A stretch of 64,000 nt of DNA from Candidatus Thorarchaeota archaeon (GCA_046758445.1 JBHIAE010000009.1:1-64000); one strand, 5' to 3'. Positions 29,529-41,749 are shown, numbered from the stretch's first letter. Numbers and translations: made by a program. The notes: generated from the sequence alone by a model not told the origin.

Positions 29529-30194
29529 ATGTCAGGAACGTCTGAGAGGGATACTCCAACAGAGAAGTCCGCTAGGCGTCTTGGCCTCGTAGGTGCCACC
29601 AATCTCGGTCTGAGTGCAATGCTTGGCGGAGGAATCTACGTTATCTGAGGATTTGCCGCAGGAATGATAGGCGCGGCGCTGGTCCTTGTTTATTTGGTAT
29701 CCTTAGTTGCCGTTAGCGTGTTTACTCTCACTGGAAGAGTTGATCTTGTGGCCGCTCTCTCGGGACTCGTCTATCTTGTTGGACAGGCCATCGTGAACTC
29801 GTCTGTGATTAGACTGAAAGAGCACGGACTCAATGTGCCCGGGACTTTCAAATCGCCTCTCTATCCGGCGTTCCCAATAATCGGTGTCGGGGTATGCCTA
29901 TTCTTCATTGTCAACCAGTCCTTCGAATCACTTCAGCTGGGGTTCATGCTCGCCATCATCGGTCTAGTCATATACCTAGCGTATGGGAGAAGCCGAAACA
30001 GTGCACACTTGGAGAAATCGCGACCTGAAAGAACTGCTGCAACTGTTCGTGCTGTGGAACTGAAGATGACGATGGACAACACGTTCGGTAGATTCAGTCC
30101 GATAACTGATGAAGAGATACCGATGGTAATCAAAAACAAGGTGAGTAGTCACGAGGATGAACATGATACGACAACAGCCGATGAAGTTGAGTGA
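29529..30194 (+). pseudogene. APC amino-acid permease remnant (nonsense codon plus large internal deletion)
   Basis: 'RRLGLVGATNLGLSAMLGGGIYVI*GFAAG' (APC TM1), TGA at 29646, then joined directly to C-terminal 'FKSPLYPAFPIIG'; only about half normal length. Confidence 0.8.
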
Positions 30195-30196
30195 GT

Positions 30197-32008
30197 CTAG
30201 CTCGCATCCGAATCTAGCCATTTCCTGAGTGCCTCAGCAGCTCTCTGGGTCATCCCGGCTACTTGAGCGAGTTCTTCCACACGTGCATCTTTCACTTCAT
30301 CAAAGCTGCCGAACGTTTCGAGAAGTGCGGCACGCCTCTTGGGCCCTATTCCCGGGGCTTCCTCCAGAATAGAACCCGTGAATCTCTTCTCACGAAGCTT
30401 GTGATGATACTTTTGAGCGAATCGATGCGCTTCGTCACGGATGCTCTGGAGTAGATGAAGCGCTGCAGAATCCAACTCCAGTTCAAGTCCAGCAGAGAAC
30501 TCACGAGTATACAGAATCTCCTCACGTTTTGCTAGCGCTGCCACATTCAAGTAATCAAGCCCCAAATCCCTCAGTGCCTTCAATGCAGAGTTGAGCTGCC
30601 CTTTTCCCCCGTCAACAAGAATCAGATCCGGGAGCAGGTGTCCTTTCTCAAGCAGCCCCATATACCTACGGTAAACGACCTCTTGCATCATAGCATAGTC
30701 ATCAGGAGTTTCTTTCACTCTGACTCTGAACATCCTGTATCTCTTGTTGTCCGGGGCTCCGTTTTTGAAGACAACACAGGAACCAGTGGGATCTGTACCC
30801 TGTATGTTTGCAATGTCAAACCCCTCGATGTGCATAGGCGCCTGAGCCAGTCCCAGTACATCCTTCAGCTCCTTTACGCCCTCGTGTACAATCTCATCTT
30901 CGCTCTCTCCGAGGATGAGTATCTTGCGAAGTGCCCTGTAGGCGTTCTTGTTTGCCATGTCCACAAGTTCGGTGCCTCTTCTGTCGGATGGAACGCGCAA
31001 CTCAACAGAATGATCGTAGGGTTCTTCAAGCCATTTCCCGAGTTGAGCCATGTCAGGAATCTCATGTGGGAGCAGAATCTCATCAGGAAGACGGGGGATT
31101 GTAAAGTAGAACTGTTCGATGAAAGCTGTGAGCACTTGAGTGTCAGTTACATCTAGGTCTACCTCGAAGTAGAAGTTATCCTGCCCTATTAGCCGACCAT
31201 TTCGAACGATCAGCATTTCAACAAGCGCCGCCTGTTCCGTTCTGGAGATGCCGAGAACATCTCTGTTGGCTCCATGAATCTCAACGACCTTCTGTCGGCT
31301 CATGATTATCTCAATGTCAGTCAGACGGTCCCTAATCTCCGCGGCTTTCTCGAAGTCCATTTTCGCCGAGGCGTCGTCCATCTGGCTCTTTAGGATCTCA
31401 GTCAACTCTTCTGTGCGGCCTTCTAGATACAGACACATCTGTTCGACTAGAAACCGATACTCGGCGGCAGTGACGTGTTGTTTGCATGGACCAGCACATC
31501 TGTCAAGGTGATAGTCCATGCACTCTCTCTTCACCTTGGCGGGCTCCTTGCAGTTGGCGATGGGTATGAACCTTCTAATGGTGTCCATGAACCTGCCTAG
31601 CCGTTTGGTCCCACCATATGGTCCATAGTACTTTGCTCCATCCTTCTCCGTGTCGCGAGTTATCTCAAAAACTGGAATCGGCTTCTCCAAGTCCACTTTG
31701 ATCCAAGCATGCTTCTTGTCGTCCTTCAGTGCGAGATTGTAGGGAGGCCTATGCTCCTTGATGAGAGAGGCCTCGAGGACTAACGCCTCCCTCTCAGTAT
31801 TTGTGACTATCGTGTCAAGATCTCTCGCAGCAAACACCATCTCAGCTGTCCTGCGCATCAGACCTTCTCGTAGATAGGATGATACTCTCTTCCTCAATGA
31901 TTTGGCCTTGCCAATGTACAGAATGCCTCCAACATCGTCCTTCCAGAGATAGACTCCTGGAACGTCAGGGAGGTCATGTACCAGTTTGGCTAGGTCAGAC
32001 ATTCTCAA
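30197..32008 (-). CDS. uvrC: Excinuclease ABC subunit C
   Basis: GIY-YIG 'PGVY...YIGKAKSLRKRV', Cys cluster, 'IEGFDIANIQG', 'DGGKGQL', 'RDEAHRFA', HhH 'GIGPKR'. Confidence 0.97.
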   Translation of the reverse strand: MRMSDLAKLVHDLPDVPGVYLWKDDVGGILYIGKAKSLRKRVSSYLREGLMRRTAEMVFAARDLDTIVTNTEREALVLEASLIKEHRPPYNLALKDDKKHAWIKVDLEKPIPVFEITRDTEKDGAKYYGPYGGTKRLGRFMDTIRRFIPIANCKEPAKVKRECMDYHLDRCAGPCKQHVTAAEYRFLVEQMCLYLEGRTEELTEILKSQMDDASAKMDFEKAAEIRDRLTDIEIIMSRQKVVEIHGANRDVLGISRTEQAALVEMLIVRNGRLIGQDNFYFEVDLDVTDTQVLTAFIEQFYFTIPRLPDEILLPHEIPDMAQLGKWLEEPYDHSVELRVPSDRRGTELVDMANKNAYRALRKILILGESEDEIVHEGVKELKDVLGLAQAPMHIEGFDIANIQGTDPTGSCVVFKNGAPDNKRYRMFRVRVKETPDDYAMMQEVVYRRYMGLLEKGHLLPDLILVDGGKGQLNSALKALRDLGLDYLNVAALAKREEILYTREFSAGLELELDSAALHLLQSIRDEAHRFAQKYHHKLREKRFTGSILEEAPGIGPKRRAALLETFGSFDEVKDARVEELAQVAGMTQRAAEALRKWLDSDAS

Positions 32009-32113
32009 TCATCCTTGAGTGAGTGACGTTTCACAGATAAGAATACCACAAATCAGTGATTCGGAAGCTGCGAGCCCTGGAGTCCCCCACTCATTCCCGT
32101 TCAAGAACGCTGT

Positions 32114-32593
32114 CTATTCGTGTCCACTAGCCATCTCCGACCGCCATTTCAGAATTGCTTCGCAGACCTGCCCTCTTGAGCAGCCATAGTATGTGTAATC
32201 TTTGCAAGAGATGCATGGGGAAACATCCCCACCATCACGGAGGCCGCGCCTCTCTATCCGACGAAGACTGTCGAGGCTGTCTGCAACTGAGTCTCTACTC
32301 TTCGGTCTAGCTGGCTCCACATCCCTCTTCCCGAGGGCTACAAGCGTACCCTCGAGCTCCAGCCAGAAGTGTGGTGGGCGTGGATTAATGGATATGGCCT
32401 TTCTCAGTGCTGCCTCAGCTTCCTCGAAACGGCTAAGAGATCTCAGATGTCGACCAAGAGAATACCAAGACTGGGCATCACGTGGAAATGCGGATAGTCG
32501 TCGCCTCAAGTCGTCCTCATAGGCCGTTGTACGTGTTCTAACAATACCCGTTATTCGCGGTGCAGAAGTAGTTGGTTCATCATTCTGGCCCAT
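32114..32593 (-). CDS. Small TPR protein with a C-terminal 4-Cys motif
   Basis: TPR 'SWYSLGRHL...FEEAEAALRKAISINP'; 'CISCKDYTYYGCSRGQVC'. Confidence 0.75.
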   Translation of the reverse strand: MGQNDEPTTSAPRITGIVRTRTTAYEDDLRRRLSAFPRDAQSWYSLGRHLRSLSRFEEAEAALRKAISINPRPPHFWLELEGTLVALGKRDVEPARPKSRDSVADSLDSLRRIERRGLRDGGDVSPCISCKDYTYYGCSRGQVCEAILKWRSEMASGHE

Positions 32594-32736
32594 CTATACC
32601 TGTCCTCCCGGCGGACTACTACAAGTTAGCAAGTTCCTCTAATATAGAATTGTGAGACGGACCAAAATCTGAAGAGGCTGACGAGAAATCGACAATAAAA
32701 GGCGCGGTTCTGCTCGAGAGGAGGTTGGTCTGAGGC

Positions 32737-35595
32737 TCAATTCAATGGACCGTACCGAACGTTGGGACCGAAGAGCGCCGACCGCAAGTGATTGCCAGTG
32801 TACGAATTCCAGACATCGCACACTTCTTCAGGTGTACCCTGCGCAACAATCTCACCGCCGCTGTCACCCCCCTCCGGACCGAGATCAATGAGCCAGTCGG
32901 CGGTCTTGACAACCTCGAGATTGTGCTCGACTATAATCACAGTGTTTCCTGCATCAACTAGCCGATTGATGACTTGCAGAAGAACATGAACGTCAGATGC
33001 GGACAATCCTGTAGTTGGTTCATCGAGCAGGTAGAGACTTTGCCCAGTGCTTCGCCTGGAAAGCTCTGACGCTATCTTCATCCGTTGAGACTCACCCCCA
33101 CTCAGAGTCGTCGCGGGCTGTCCAAGTTCCAGATAACCGAGTCCGACTGCAACCAAAGTGGCAAGCTTGTCAGCAATCTTTGGGATGTCTGAGAAGAACT
33201 TCAATGCCTCCTCAATTGTCATCTCAAGGACGTCTGTGATACTCTTGTCCTTGTAAGTCACCTCTAAGGTTTCTCTATCGAAACGCTTTCCCTCACATAC
33301 ATCGCAGGTCATATAGACGTCACTCATGAAGTGCATCTCTACTCGCAGAACACCGCTGCCGCGGCACTTCTCACATCGACCTTCACGAGTGTTGAAGCTG
33401 AACCTGCCAGGCCCATATCCTCTAGCCTTTGCTTCAGGCATCTTTGCAAAGAGGTCCCGTATCTCTCCGAATGTCTTCGTGTAAGTCGCCGGGTTTGAGC
33501 GAGGGGTTCGTCCTATTGGCGATTGATCAACTAGTATTAGTCGGTCTATCGACTCAATCCCTTCAACACCGTCGTGGTCACCAGGCAGAAGAGACGCATC
33601 GTTCATCTGTCTGGCTAGAGTTTTGTACAGAGTTTCGTAAGTCAACGTGCTCTTGCCCGATCCAGAAACTCCTGTCACACAGACCATCTTACCAAGTGGG
33701 AACTCCACGGTGATGTTCTTCAGGTTGTGCTGCCTTGCCCCTCTCAAGACAATCTTCTCGCCGTTGCCTTGCCTCCTCTCAACGGGCACAGGAATCTGCC
33801 GCTCCCCGGCCAAGTACTGTGCTGTCAGTGATTTCGGGTCTGAGAGAACATCAGATGGTGGCCCAGTGGCAACAACCTCTCCGCCGTGGATGCCTGCCAA
33901 GGGACCAAGATCGACAATGTGGTCCGCAGCTTGGATAGTATCTCTGTCGTGTTCTATGACCACAACAGTGTTCCCCAGTGAACGCAAATGATAGAATGTT
34001 TCAATGAGGCGGTTGATGTCACGAGGGTGGAGACCGATGGACGGTTCATCGAGGCAGTAGAGAACTCCAGTGAGCGCAGACCCGATCTGTGTGGCCAACC
34101 TGATTCTCTGACTCTCGCCTCCAGAGAGACTCATTGAAAGACGGTCGAGGTTCAAGTACTCCAAACCGACCGCGAGAAGGAATCTCAGTCTTGCTCTGAT
34201 CTCTTTCAGCACAAGCTCGGCTATCTTCATGTCCCGATCAGATAGTTCAATGCTCTCAAAGAAGCCGGAGGCCTCCTCGATGGTCATGGAGGTCACCTCA
34301 TCGATCGCCTTGCCACCGACTGTGACTGCCAAGCTCTCTGGTTTCAGTTTACGTCCGCCACACGATTCGCAAGTTGTCTTCCTAGATAGTACATTTGCGA
34401 TATGACGAGCACGCCACTGGTACCACCGTTTGTCGCTACCCTTGGCGTCCTCGAATACCTTATTGAGCCAGGGAATGATACCCCTCCACTTCCGTGTGAC
34501 CTCCCACCTTGATGACTCTGACTCCATGACGTATGTCAGAACCAACTCTGATCTACCCCACAAGAACTCGTCCCGCTGAAGCTTGGACATCTCTCTCCAT
34601 GGAGTTTCTATTGAGAAACCGAGCAGGCTTCCAAGCGCCTCCAATCGTCGGAGGAACCATGCTCTTTCACCACCGTTTACTCTTCGACTAATCTCTCTAA
34701 CAGTCATGTTTCGGTCGGGCACAATAAGCCTTGGATCGATTGACATTATTACTCCGAGACCGTTGCATGTGGTACACGCCCCGTCAGGTCTATTGTAGGA
34801 GAATGCCTTTGGCCCGGGTTTGTCATATTGGATTCCACATCTTGGACACATTAACTGCTCCGAGAACATGAGATCGGTTTCGCCTTCTCGCGCAACGATT
34901 GCAGCCCCTTCACCGGTTTCCAAAGCGGTTTCGAGTGAACCAATCAAGCGCTCTCGGTTCTTCTGTATGAGCTGTATGCGGTCCACGATGACCTCAATGT
35001 CGTGTTTCTTCCTGCCGTCAAGCTCAAGGCCTTCTATGTCGTGGGTGTTTCCATCTGCTCTGACTCGGGCAAATCCGTTCTTGAGCAGAGTTTCTAACAG
35101 TTCGCCATGATTTCCTACTTCTCCTCTTACGACTGGCGCAAGGATGTGGATTCGCTGTCCCCCGTTCTCATCGAGCAATAACCTCGCAGCTGATTCAGCT
35201 GTCAGTTGCTCCATTGGTCTCATGCAATGTACGCAGTGCTGCACCCCTACATTGGCGTACAGGAGCCGCAGGTAGTCGTGAATCTCAGTGCTCGTTCCAA
35301 CTGTACTTCTCGGATTCTTTGTCCGGCCCTTTTGCTCAATCGAGATTGCCGGTGGGAGTCCTGTGATCTTCTCCACCTTTGGTTTGTCAAGACGACCAAG
35401 GAAGCGTCTTGCATATGAGGACAATGATTCCACATACCTCCGTTGACCTTCAGCAAACAAGGTATCGAAGAGAAGAGTGGACTTTCCTGAGCCAGAAGGT
35501 CCAGTGATAACAACTAGACGGTCACGAGGTATCTCAACGTCGATCTTCTTGAGGTTGTGTTCCTCGGCCTTGCGCACTCTGATGTACTCTGTCAT
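32737..35595 (-). CDS. uvrA: Excinuclease ABC subunit A, copy 2
   Basis: Two ABC ATPase modules ([24 protein letters not shown] twice), Zn fingers, '[13 protein letters not shown]'. Confidence 0.95.
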   Translation of the reverse strand: MTEYIRVRKAEEHNLKKIDVEIPRDRLVVITGPSGSGKSTLLFDTLFAEGQRRYVESLSSYARRFLGRLDKPKVEKITGLPPAISIEQKGRTKNPRSTVGTSTEIHDYLRLLYANVGVQHCVHCMRPMEQLTAESAARLLLDENGGQRIHILAPVVRGEVGNHGELLETLLKNGFARVRADGNTHDIEGLELDGRKKHDIEVIVDRIQLIQKNRERLIGSLETALETGEGAAIVAREGETDLMFSEQLMCPRCGIQYDKPGPKAFSYNRPDGACTTCNGLGVIMSIDPRLIVPDRNMTVREISRRVNGGERAWFLRRLEALGSLLGFSIETPWREMSKLQRDEFLWGRSELVLTYVMESESSRWEVTRKWRGIIPWLNKVFEDAKGSDKRWYQWRARHIANVLSRKTTCESCGGRKLKPESLAVTVGGKAIDEVTSMTIEEASGFFESIELSDRDMKIAELVLKEIRARLRFLLAVGLEYLNLDRLSMSLSGGESQRIRLATQIGSALTGVLYCLDEPSIGLHPRDINRLIETFYHLRSLGNTVVVIEHDRDTIQAADHIVDLGPLAGIHGGEVVATGPPSDVLSDPKSLTAQYLAGERQIPVPVERRQGNGEKIVLRGARQHNLKNITVEFPLGKMVCVTGVSGSGKSTLTYETLYKTLARQMNDASLLPGDHDGVEGIESIDRLILVDQSPIGRTPRSNPATYTKTFGEIRDLFAKMPEAKARGYGPGRFSFNTREGRCEKCRGSGVLRVEMHFMSDVYMTCDVCEGKRFDRETLEVTYKDKSITDVLEMTIEEALKFFSDIPKIADKLATLVAVGLGYLELGQPATTLSGGESQRMKIASELSRRSTGQSLYLLDEPTTGLSASDVHVLLQVINRLVDAGNTVIIVEHNLEVVKTADWLIDLGPEGGDSGGEIVAQGTPEEVCDVWNSYTGNHLRSALFGPNVRYGPLN

Positions 35596-38486
35596 GCGCT
35601 TGACCTCCCTCGACTACCACTCTCCAGGGCTTGTCTGAGATATTCTCCAGTATAGGATTCATTGCAGGCAGCTATCTCTTCGGGAGTGCCTTCGGCGACC
35701 AGGTATCCTCCGTCGTCGCCACCTTCTGGTCCAAGGTCGATGATCCAGTCGGCTGTCTTGACTACGTCCAGTTGGTGCTCTATGACTAAGACGGTGTTTC
35801 CGAGGTCAACTAGACGGTGAAGTACTTCCAATAGCTTCTTGATATCTGCAAAGTGCAGCCCGGTTGTTGGCTCATCCAACATTAGCAACGTCTGACCTGT
35901 GGCGGGTCTTGAGAGGAACTTACTCAGCTTAACCCTTTGAGCTTCTCCTCCACTGAGTGTTGTGGCCGGCTGACCGAGCTTGACGTATCCCATTGATACG
36001 TCACAGAGTGTGCGAAGTCGCCTATAGATTGAAGGTAATCCAGCAAAGAACTCGACTGCCTCGTCAATTCTCATGTCGAGAACGTCAGCGATGTTCTTGC
36101 CTTTGAACCTCACCTGAAGGGTTTCTCGGTCATAGCGACGTCCCTTGCATTCAGTACATGTGACCTGCACAGGTGGCAAGAACTGCATCTCTATGATCTC
36201 AACGCCAGCACCCTTGCATTTCTCACATCTCCCACCCTTCACGTTGAAGCTGAACCTGCCTGGCTTGTATCCTCGAATCTTTGACTCAGGAAGGCTGGCA
36301 AACAACTCTCTAAGAGGAGTCCAGAGTCCGACGTAGGTTGCAGGATTGGAACGTGGAGTCCTTCCAATCGGGCTCTGATCAATCACGATGACCTTATCGA
36401 GCTGTTCTGCCCCCACCAACTCATCGTAATCACCAGGCACAGCCTCCGCATTGTGGAACCTGCGAGCTAGTTCGCGCTGTAAGGTTTCCACGACAAGGCT
36501 TGACTTCCCTGAACCTGATACTCCTGTGACACAGATGAACATGCCAAGTGGCAATCTGACAACGAGGTCTTTCAGGTTGTTGTGACGAGCTCCTCGTATC
36601 TCAAGGAACCTGCCATTGGACTTCCTCCGAGCCTGTGGTAGAGGTATCTGTTCTTCACCTCGGAGATATCGTGCAGTGATGGATTGTCTTGACTTCAGGA
36701 CTTTGTCAATTGGGCCTGCCACTACGACCTCACCGCCCTCAGCACCGGCACCTGGACCAAGATCTATGACATAGTCTGCACTTCTCATGGTTTCTTCATC
36801 ATGCTCCACGACAACTACGGTATTGCCCAGATCACGAAGGCGCATCAAAGATTGTAGCAGTCTTTGGTTGTCACGGGCATGCAAGCCCACACTAGGTTCA
36901 TCACACACATAGGTGACACCAACGAGGTTCGAACCAATCTGGCTGGCGAGGCGGATTCTTTGGCTTTCTCCTCCTGCCAGGGTGGGAGCGGTGCGGTTGA
37001 GGGTTAGATAGTCAAGACCAACATCCTGAAGGAAGCCAATCCGACCCTGTATCTCCCTGAGAATGGGTGCCGCAACCGGTTCAAACCTTGGCTCAATCTT
37101 GACTTCTTTGAAGAACCTATCCAGTCCCTTGATTGACAACTTGTCAATCTCTGAGATTGAACGGCCACCAAATGTTACTGCCTGTGACTCAGGGCGCAGA
37201 CGAAGCCCTTTACAGACAGGACAGGCTCTTTCTGACATCAAGCGTTCAATGTCTCGCCTTCTGCCTTCAGACCTAGTCTTGCGGTATATTCGCTGTTGAC
37301 GCGGGATGAAACCCTCAAAGGTCCTTTTGAAGTGACCCTCCCACTTGACCTCATAGTCTTGATTACTGCTCGACCAAGAGTCCTCATACTTCTCAGTTGT
37401 CCCCCAGAAGATGACTTGTTTCTGCTCTTCCGTCAGGTCCTTCCAAGGCGTGTCTAGGGTGAACCCATAGTTCTTTGCAACCTTCCTGAACATGCGTCGT
37501 CGAAGCACCCAGTTGTCTGGGACCATTGCCCCCTCTTTCAAAGACAGTTCTGGGTTTCGAATGAACTTCTTTGGGTCGAACTCTCGAACAACTCCAATAC
37601 CAGTGCAGTGCGGACAAGCACCCTGAGGGGTGTTCCACGAGAAGATACGTGGTTCCATCTCTGGCATGCTGATACCGCAATCAACGCAGGCGAATTGCTC
37701 AGAGAGTGTCAGGTCCTCGTCATCCTTTGCGATGGTGACAACGCCCTCCGCCATCTCCAGGGCGGTCTCCACAGCCTCTGAGATTCTTCCCCTTTCTGAG
37801 GGCTTGACTCGAACACGATCAATGACAACTTCTATGGTGTGCTCAAAGTACCGATCCAGAAACAGACCGTCTTCGATCTCTAGTAGATCTCCATCAACTC
37901 TAGCTCGAAGGAAGCCTTTCTTTACTAGGTCCCGAAACTCCTTTCGGTACTCTCCCTTTCGGCCCCTTACAATAGGGGCCATAATCATCACACGAGTGCC
38001 ATCTTCAAGTTGGAGAACTCGATCCACAATCTGTTGAGAGGTCTGAGGTTCAATTCTCTTTCCACATTGGGGGCAGTGTGGCACTCCGACTCTAGCAAAC
38101 AGAAGCCTCAGAAAGTCATAGATCTCCGTGATGGTTCCTACTGTGCTCCGCGGATTGCGACCCACACTTTTCTGGTCAATAGAAATGGATGGCGACAGAC
38201 CTGATATGAAGTCAACTTTCGGTTTCTCAAGCATACCCAAGAACTGACGAGCATATGGTGAGAGCGACTCGACGAATCTCCTTTGGCCTTCCGAGAAGAT
38301 AGTGTCATAGACCAGGCTAGACTTCCCCGACCCGCTGACACCCGTCACTACCGTCAAAGTATTCTTTGGAATCTCGCAGGATATGTGTCTCAGGTTATTC
38401 TCCGCAGCTCCAACGACCATGATAGACCTAGGACCATCTGACTCGATGGAAGTGACCTCTGTCTTCTTTCTGGTCGCCGCCTTCAC
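35592..38486 (-). CDS. uvrA: Excinuclease ABC subunit A, copy 1
   Basis: GVSGSGKSS twice, '[11 protein letters not shown]', 'NPRSTVGT', [16 protein letters not shown], Zn fingers. Confidence 0.96.
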   Translation of the reverse strand: MKAATRKKTEVTSIESDGPRSIMVVGAAENNLRHISCEIPKNTLTVVTGVSGSGKSSLVYDTIFSEGQRRFVESLSPYARQFLGMLEKPKVDFISGLSPSISIDQKSVGRNPRSTVGTITEIYDFLRLLFARVGVPHCPQCGKRIEPQTSQQIVDRVLQLEDGTRVMIMAPIVRGRKGEYRKEFRDLVKKGFLRARVDGDLLEIEDGLFLDRYFEHTIEVVIDRVRVKPSERGRISEAVETALEMAEGVVTIAKDDEDLTLSEQFACVDCGISMPEMEPRIFSWNTPQGACPHCTGIGVVREFDPKKFIRNPELSLKEGAMVPDNWVLRRRMFRKVAKNYGFTLDTPWKDLTEEQKQVIFWGTTEKYEDSWSSSNQDYEVKWEGHFKRTFEGFIPRQQRIYRKTRSEGRRRDIERLMSERACPVCKGLRLRPESQAVTFGGRSISEIDKLSIKGLDRFFKEVKIEPRFEPVAAPILREIQGRIGFLQDVGLDYLTLNRTAPTLAGGESQRIRLASQIGSNLVGVTYVCDEPSVGLHARDNQRLLQSLMRLRDLGNTVVVVEHDEETMRSADYVIDLGPGAGAEGGEVVVAGPIDKVLKSRQSITARYLRGEEQIPLPQARRKSNGRFLEIRGARHNNLKDLVVRLPLGMFICVTGVSGSGKSSLVVETLQRELARRFHNAEAVPGDYDELVGAEQLDKVIVIDQSPIGRTPRSNPATYVGLWTPLRELFASLPESKIRGYKPGRFSFNVKGGRCEKCKGAGVEIIEMQFLPPVQVTCTECKGRRYDRETLQVRFKGKNIADVLDMRIDEAVEFFAGLPSIYRRLRTLCDVSMGYVKLGQPATTLSGGEAQRVKLSKFLSRPATGQTLLMLDEPTTGLHFADIKKLLEVLHRLVDLGNTVLVIEHQLDVVKTADWIIDLGPEGGDDGGYLVAEGTPEEIAACNESYTGEYLRQALESGSRGRSSA

Positions 38487-40468
38487 TCTTCGTAACCCTC
38501 TATCCTCTTCCTCAGTTCAGTAATCTCATCGCGAAGCTTTGCTGCCTTCTCGAACTCTAAGTTTCTTGCCGCTTCCTTCATCTGCTCCTCGAGGTCGATG
38601 ATGTAGTCTGCAAGCTCCTCAATCTCAAAAGGTTCGAAGTTATCAATCTTCATCTGAACTGTGGACTCTCTGGTCTTTATCCCTTGGGCAATGTCTTGGA
38701 TTGCCTTCACAATTGAGGTTGGGACTATATCATGCTCCTCGTTGTAGCTCAGCTGAAAGGCTCTCCTGCGATTGGTTTCATCGATTGCAGTCTGCATCGC
38801 TGTGGAAACACGATCGCCGTACAGCACCACGCGTCCGTGCACGTTTCTTGCTGCTCTACCCATTGTCTGAATCAGAGCCCAGTCAGTTCTGAGGAATCCT
38901 TCTTTGTCTGCATCAAGAATGGCTACGAGTGCTACCTCAGGGAGGTCTAGGCCCTCTCGTAGAAGATTGATGCCCACGAGTACATCGAACTTCCCTTGAC
39001 GAAGCTGTCTGACTATCTCTATTCGTTCCACCGTCCCGATGTCAGAATGAAGGTATCTCGCCTTGACTCCTGCCTCTATCAAATACTCGCTTAGCATCTC
39101 TGCAGTCTTCTTAGTCAATGTTGTAACTAGGACTCTGTTTCCAAGGGCGACCGTTCGCTTAATCTCTCCCAGCAGGTGATCAACCTGACCCACAACCGGT
39201 TTCACCACAACATCTGGGTCAAGGAGTCCAGTCGGTCTCAGGAGCTGCTCTACAATCTGGTTATTTATCTTCCTCTCATACAGACCAGGGGTGGCAGTCG
39301 TGTAGATAACGTGCTTCATGTATTGCTCAAACTCTTCAAGCTTGAGTGGCCTGTTGTCAAACGCAGACGGCAATCTAAAGCCATAGTCAACGAGATTCTG
39401 CTTTCGTGAGAGATCACCATGAAACATCCCTCGAATCTGTGGCATGGTCATGTGACTCTCATCAATTATCATCAAAAAGTCCTCAGGGAAGTAGTCCAAC
39501 AGTGTATAGGGCTTCTCTCCTGTACTTCGTGCGTCGATGAAACGGGAGTAGTTCTCGATTCCTTGGCACATGCCGGTTTCTCTCAGCATCTCAAGGTCAT
39601 AGAGTGTCCGGCGTTTGAGACGGTCAGCCTCGACGAGCTTGCCCTCCTTCTTGAACCAGTCAACCCGTTCGTGCATCTCTTGCTCAATCTCTTCCAATGA
39701 CTCGAGTATCCTTTCGTGGCGTGCGATATGGTGTCGTGCCGGGAAGAGCTCGGTCCATTTCTGATCGAAGAGCCTCCGTGAGGTAAGTCGGTCCATGACT
39801 GAGATTCTTTCGAGAGTGTCCCCGTCCAGCTCTAACCTCAGATAGTTCTCCCAAGCGGCTGGGACCACATCTATGACATCTCCTCTTACACGAAATGAGC
39901 CAGAGTTCAGCTCCATGTCATTCCGATCAAACTGCATAGCGACAAGTCGTTCTATGAGAGTTCTTCGATCGATTTCGCTCCCAACTTCAACCATGGTACG
40001 GAAATGGTCATACTCCGAAGGGTTGCCCACTCCGTAAATACAGGACACAGATGCAACGACAATCACATCATTCCGTGATCTCAGAGAGTGAGTGCTCGAG
40101 TGTCGGAGGCGTTCGATCTCCCTATTGACGTCGGCTTCCTTCTCAATGTACATGTCCTTCGAGGGAACGTAGGCCTCTGGCTGATAGTAGTCATAATATG
40201 ACACATAGTACTCAACACCAGCATCAGGGAAGAACTGCCTGTATTCAGAGGCAAGCTGCGCTGCCAGGGTCTTGTTGTGAGATATGACCAGAGTTGGCTT
40301 GTTGTAGGCCTCAATCACATTTGCCATGGTGAAAGTCTTGCCTGATCCAGTCACTCCTAACAGCGTCTGATGCTTAAGACCACTCTCGAGACCCTCCACT
40401 AGTTTGTCTATTGCCTGCGGTTGGTCTCCTGTGGGCTCGAAAGGAGCAACTAGCTTGAACTCATCCAT
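38483..40468 (-). CDS. uvrB: Excinuclease ABC subunit B
   Basis: 'GDQPQAI', 'GVTGSGKT', 'SYYDYYQPEAY', 'DESH', 'QTMGRAARN', C-terminal UVR domain. Confidence 0.98.
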   Translation of the reverse strand: MDEFKLVAPFEPTGDQPQAIDKLVEGLESGLKHQTLLGVTGSGKTFTMANVIEAYNKPTLVISHNKTLAAQLASEYRQFFPDAGVEYYVSYYDYYQPEAYVPSKDMYIEKEADVNREIERLRHSSTHSLRSRNDVIVVASVSCIYGVGNPSEYDHFRTMVEVGSEIDRRTLIERLVAMQFDRNDMELNSGSFRVRGDVIDVVPAAWENYLRLELDGDTLERISVMDRLTSRRLFDQKWTELFPARHHIARHERILESLEEIEQEMHERVDWFKKEGKLVEADRLKRRTLYDLEMLRETGMCQGIENYSRFIDARSTGEKPYTLLDYFPEDFLMIIDESHMTMPQIRGMFHGDLSRKQNLVDYGFRLPSAFDNRPLKLEEFEQYMKHVIYTTATPGLYERKINNQIVEQLLRPTGLLDPDVVVKPVVGQVDHLLGEIKRTVALGNRVLVTTLTKKTAEMLSEYLIEAGVKARYLHSDIGTVERIEIVRQLRQGKFDVLVGINLLREGLDLPEVALVAILDADKEGFLRTDWALIQTMGRAARNVHGRVVLYGDRVSTAMQTAIDETNRRRAFQLSYNEEHDIVPTSIVKAIQDIAQGIKTRESTVQMKIDNFEPFEIEELADYIIDLEEQMKEAARNLEFEKAAKLRDEITELRKRIEGYEE

Positions 40469-40704
40469 CTGCTCTGCCTCGCCTCGTTCGGGGTCTCACC
40501 TGAACTCAAGTAACTCTTGCGCTGCCGGCTATGCGGCATTAGGGAAGCGGAATCTTCTACTAGGAACTTACTGCACTACGTCATCCATGTAGAGGAATGT
40601 TGATGACTCGGAGGGATGGTCGAAAGTATCAGACAGGCCCACAGACGCAACTGCAGAACCTCGATATATCACTGAAGCTCGGAAATGCCGAGTGGACGCC
40701 CAAC

Positions 40705-41457
40705 CTAGTCCTTATCCGCCGAATCCAGCCTCCTGATTGCTTCAAGCGCAGTCTTAATCATGGTCTTCTCCCCCCGATCAAAATGCTCGAGTCGGTCACC
40801 CTTGTATCTGTTCTCACCTGTGACCATGTTCGACCCAACAGTGAGTATTCCTCCAGCTCTCACGCCCAAGTCGATGACCGCTATCAGAATCGCAGACATC
40901 TCCATGTCAAGTGCCACAGCGCCTAGTCTTGTGTACTGCTCATTGAGTTTCGGCGAACGTTCCCTCAGGTAGAAGTTTTGACACGTGCGAAATACTCCAG
41001 TGTGATATGTCGCTCCAAGTTCTTTTGCGGAGCCAATCAGCGACAAGAGAACGTTCAGGTTCGGTATAGCAGGGAAGGCCAATGGTGCGTATTCAAGCGT
41101 ACACCCCTCATCACGTATGCAGCCCGATGCGATAATGTTGTGCCCTAGCTCGATATTCTTCTGAAAGGTAGCACAAGATCCGATTCTGATGAATGTGTCA
41201 GCTCCAATGGCGGCCAGCTCCTCCACAGCCGTGATTGCTGAGAAGCAACCCATTCCTGTCGACATTACACTGATTGGAACACTTTGATAGCTACCAGTGA
41301 AAGTCAAGTACTCTCTGTGGAAGGCTTTCTCGTTAGCCTCATCAAACATAACAGCGGCAGCCCTCGCGCGTTCCGGAGGACCAGGTAACAGCACATACCT
41401 GGCAACATCGCCCTCTGTCAGCCGCAGATGAGGAACCCTACCATCTGGATTTCTCAT
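40705..41457 (-). CDS. Uridine/purine nucleoside phosphorylase (PNP_UDP_1)
   Basis: 'LLPGPPERA', 'STGMG', 'RIGSC', 'RDEG', 'DMEMSA'. Confidence 0.88.
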   Translation of the reverse strand: MRNPDGRVPHLRLTEGDVARYVLLPGPPERARAAAVMFDEANEKAFHREYLTFTGSYQSVPISVMSTGMGCFSAITAVEELAAIGADTFIRIGSCATFQKNIELGHNIIASGCIRDEGCTLEYAPLAFPAIPNLNVLLSLIGSAKELGATYHTGVFRTCQNFYLRERSPKLNEQYTRLGAVALDMEMSAILIAVIDLGVRAGGILTVGSNMVTGENRYKGDRLEHFDRGEKTMIKTALEAIRRLDSADKD

Positions 41458-41749
41458 TACCCTTGAATGAGCCATGCAAAGACACTGCCTCACCTTACAC
41501 TTAAGCACTCCCTCAAAACTCCTACATCTTTCAACCAAGATATCACAACTAGCTCAGAGGAAACTGTCTAACACAATTAGGGAGATTGAATGAGAGTTGC
41601 TGCGCGAGTTGACGTTCTTGTAGTCATCAGGAGGCTTCGCTTCAGCTCCTCGACCGGAACTAGAGAAGGGCACAGGAGCCACGATGGTCCAAGGAACTCT
41701 AATAGGAGTTTGTTTCAGCACAGACCACTTTGCAGATGGAGTCTTGACA

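Noticed and set aside
22164-29648. Selenocysteine or stop-codon recoding at the two in-frame 'ATC TGA' sites (22164, 29646)
   Set aside because: Neither site is in a redox Cys context and I recognised no SECIS. The permease is also deleted internally, and other broken genes use TAA and TAG, so ordinary decay explains them better
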